A stretch of 64,000 nt of DNA from Chiloscyllium plagiosum. Its lineage: Eukaryota. The notes beneath the pieces were generated by a model. It saw nothing but the letters and a program-made list of their open reading frames with translations, had not been told where the DNA came from and did not search any database. This document shows, piece by piece, positions 61,901-64,000 of the stretch. The stretch covers positions 106,059,548 to 106,123,547 of the forward strand of contig NC_057717.1 in NCBI RefSeq assembly GCF_004010195.1. The letters run 5' to 3'. Each line of letters opens with the position of its first letter. Position 1 is the first letter of the stretch. Both the position numbers and the translations under genes were made by a program.

Positions 61901-62545
61901 TGGGAGTTATCATTGATCAGAAACTCAACTGGACTCACCAGATAAACACAGTGGCTACAAGAAAAGGTCAGAGTCGAGGAATTGTGCAGTGACTAACTCA
62001 TCTCCTGACTCTCCAAAGCCTCTACCATCTATAAGGCCCAAGTCAGGAGTGTGATAGAATACTCCCCACTTGCCTGGATGGGTACAACGCCAACAATGTT
62101 CAAGAAGCTCAACACTTTTCAGGACAAAGCATCCTGCTTGATTGACACTACATCCACAAGCATCCACTCCCTCCACCACTGACACTCAGTAGCAACAGTG
62201 TGTACCATCTACAAGATTCACTGCAGAAATTCACCAAAGATCCTCAGACATCACCTTCCAAACCCATAACCACTTCCATCTAGAAGGACAAGGGGCAGCA
62301 GACACATGGAAAACCACGACCAGCAAGTTTCCCTCTAAGCTACTCACCATTTGACTTGGAAAATTATTGCTGTTCCTTCACTGTTGCTGGATCAAAATCC
62401 TGAAATACCCTCCCTAATGGCATTGTGGGTTAACCCACAGTAGGTGGACTGCAGCAGTTCAAGAAAGCAGCTCACCCCATCTTCTCAAGGGCAACTAGCA
62501 ATGGGCAATAAATGTTGGCCAACCAGCAATACTCCCACAAAATTA
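58915..62545 (+). mobile_element. Decayed CR1/L2-clade LINE of a second family (APE plus RT)
   Basis: GDFNVHHQEW, GPDNIP, QFGFCQGHSAPDL, VLGPTIFSCFIN and FADDCT remnants; related 3' pieces at ~27500-27950 and ~49520-50400. Confidence 0.75.
59855..60812 (-). mobile_element. CR1 LINE 3' portion nested in the older LINE
   Basis: [36 protein letters not shown]. Confidence 0.88.
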
Positions 62546-63123
62546 ATAAATAAGAAAATAATAAATTTTAAAAATCCTTTGTGTAATGAATTTCTGTTTT
62601 ATAGTTAAAACCAAACTTGAACCCTTGCATGCTTATGTTTCAGTGGAAAACTGCCACGTTAAGTTAACAAAAAAACAAAGTACGATTTATCAGGCCAGAT
62701 TGTATCTGGGATCTGACTTGTCCAGTTGTAACATCAGCTAGGATCAGAATTAGATATTGTTATTTTTACTGTCACTGGATCATTATTCTTATACAGAGCA
62801 CCACCACAGGAGCAATGGGGATTTAGACTGGCTTCACTACCACTTTGTTAGTCAATGATAAACACTAAACAAAAAAAAATCAGACAGAGTTTCTGCATCA
62901 GTGATTCCTATGGATACTGAATAAATTTTGAAGGCAGTAGTGAGGCCTTCTGCAGTGGACCAGCCTATCAGCACTTACTGTTTATACTGACATTTGAAGA
63001 GTTGAACTGTGATGAAGTATGGTCAACACCATGACGAAAGGTCTAGCAAAGATGCGCCATTTTCACAAAAGGTAAAAACACTTTTCAGGAGGGTGGAATT
63101 GTGCACTTTGTTTTATACTCAAC

Positions 63124-63255
63124 ACTGCTAACTTGCCCATAGTGTTAGGTGCATTAGTCAGAGGGAAATGGGTCTGGGTGGGTTACTCTTTGAAGGGTTG
63201 GTGTGGACTTGTTGGACCGAAGGGCCTGTTTCCACACTGTAAGGAGTCTAATCAA
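63124..63255 (+). mobile_element. HE1-type SINE 3' fragment
   Basis: Matches the 3' part of the 19109-19430 copy. Confidence 0.75.
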
Positions 63256-63634
63256 ATTTAAAAAAGAAAACTGCAGCCTGACCTCCTGGCTGAGTGGCGT
63301 GAGTACAAAGGGGCTGGAAGGAAGCATGAGGTTCCTGGAGAAGAGATAAAAACACAGGGTAACTCCTCAGACAAAGCACCTTGAAACTTCAGAAGGAAGA
63401 AAGACTTGCAAATATAAAAAAAAGGTAATTACTCAAAGATGAATTGCTAATAAATTCTCAAATTCTTTTTATTAGGGCATGAAATTGAAGATGACAATAT
63501 CGACAATATTCTGAACAAGTGTCATTCGCAGTTGAAAACATAAACAAACTTCCTTCTTCAACCTGTGAATGGCCAAGTAAACTTATAAATTTTTAATTTA
63601 TTATAAATGAGACTGCAAAGGAAAAAAAACATTG

Positions 63635-63960
63635 GGTGATACAGATTCACCACCCTCCAAGAGAAGAAATTACTCATCATCTCTGTCTTAAATGTATCAC
63701 CCCTTATTTTGAGATTATGCCTCTCATCCCTGATTCTCCCACAAGGGAAACAACCTCCTTGCATTGACCCTATCAAATCCCCTAAGAATCTTGCATGTTT
63801 CAATAAGATCACTCCACATTCCTCTGAAGGTGAAAAGTACAGGTTGAACCTCCTCAACCGCTCCTCAAAAGAAAATCCCTCCATGCCCAAGATAAACTGA
63901 ACGAACCTCTTCTGGACTGCCTTCAACGTCAGAATATTTCTTCTTACAGAAGGGGACCAA
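63635..63960 (-). mobile_element. CR1 LINE 3' fragment
   Basis: AVQKRF...FEERL...NFFSWRVVNL. Confidence 0.8.
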
Positions 63961-64000
63961 TGTGGGTCAATTGCCACACTTACTTTATTAGCCTGGATAT

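Overview
Vertebrate nuclear DNA, almost certainly from a cartilaginous fish (it has an HE1-type tRNA-derived SINE, abundant CR1 LINEs and Penelope-type repeats). The window holds the 5' part of one minus-strand gene, a DENND1/connecdenn-family Rab35 GEF (DENND1B/1C-like). I reconstructed 15 GT-AG coding exons from the ATG at 47284 down to 201 (1164 nt, 388 codons, frame continuous); the gene runs off the left edge. The rest is intron and upstream sequence packed with retroelements: CR1 LINEs (one with an ORF1 esterase), a Rex1/Babar LINE, a second CR1/L2-clade LINE, GIY-YIG Penelope fragments, a decayed Gypsy provirus with both LTRs, a Tx1 3' end, SINEs and two ~31-bp minisatellites. The most striking signal is a set of short non-coding insertions (~100-310 bp) flanked by target-site duplications (TSDs). 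They carry minimal hammerhead-ribozyme cores (CUGAnGA-N-stem II-GAAAC-GUC), often as head-to-head palindromes, and resemble Penelope-derived retrozyme-like elements. There are no prokaryotic features or CRISPR arrays. All calls were made by eye, with no database searches.
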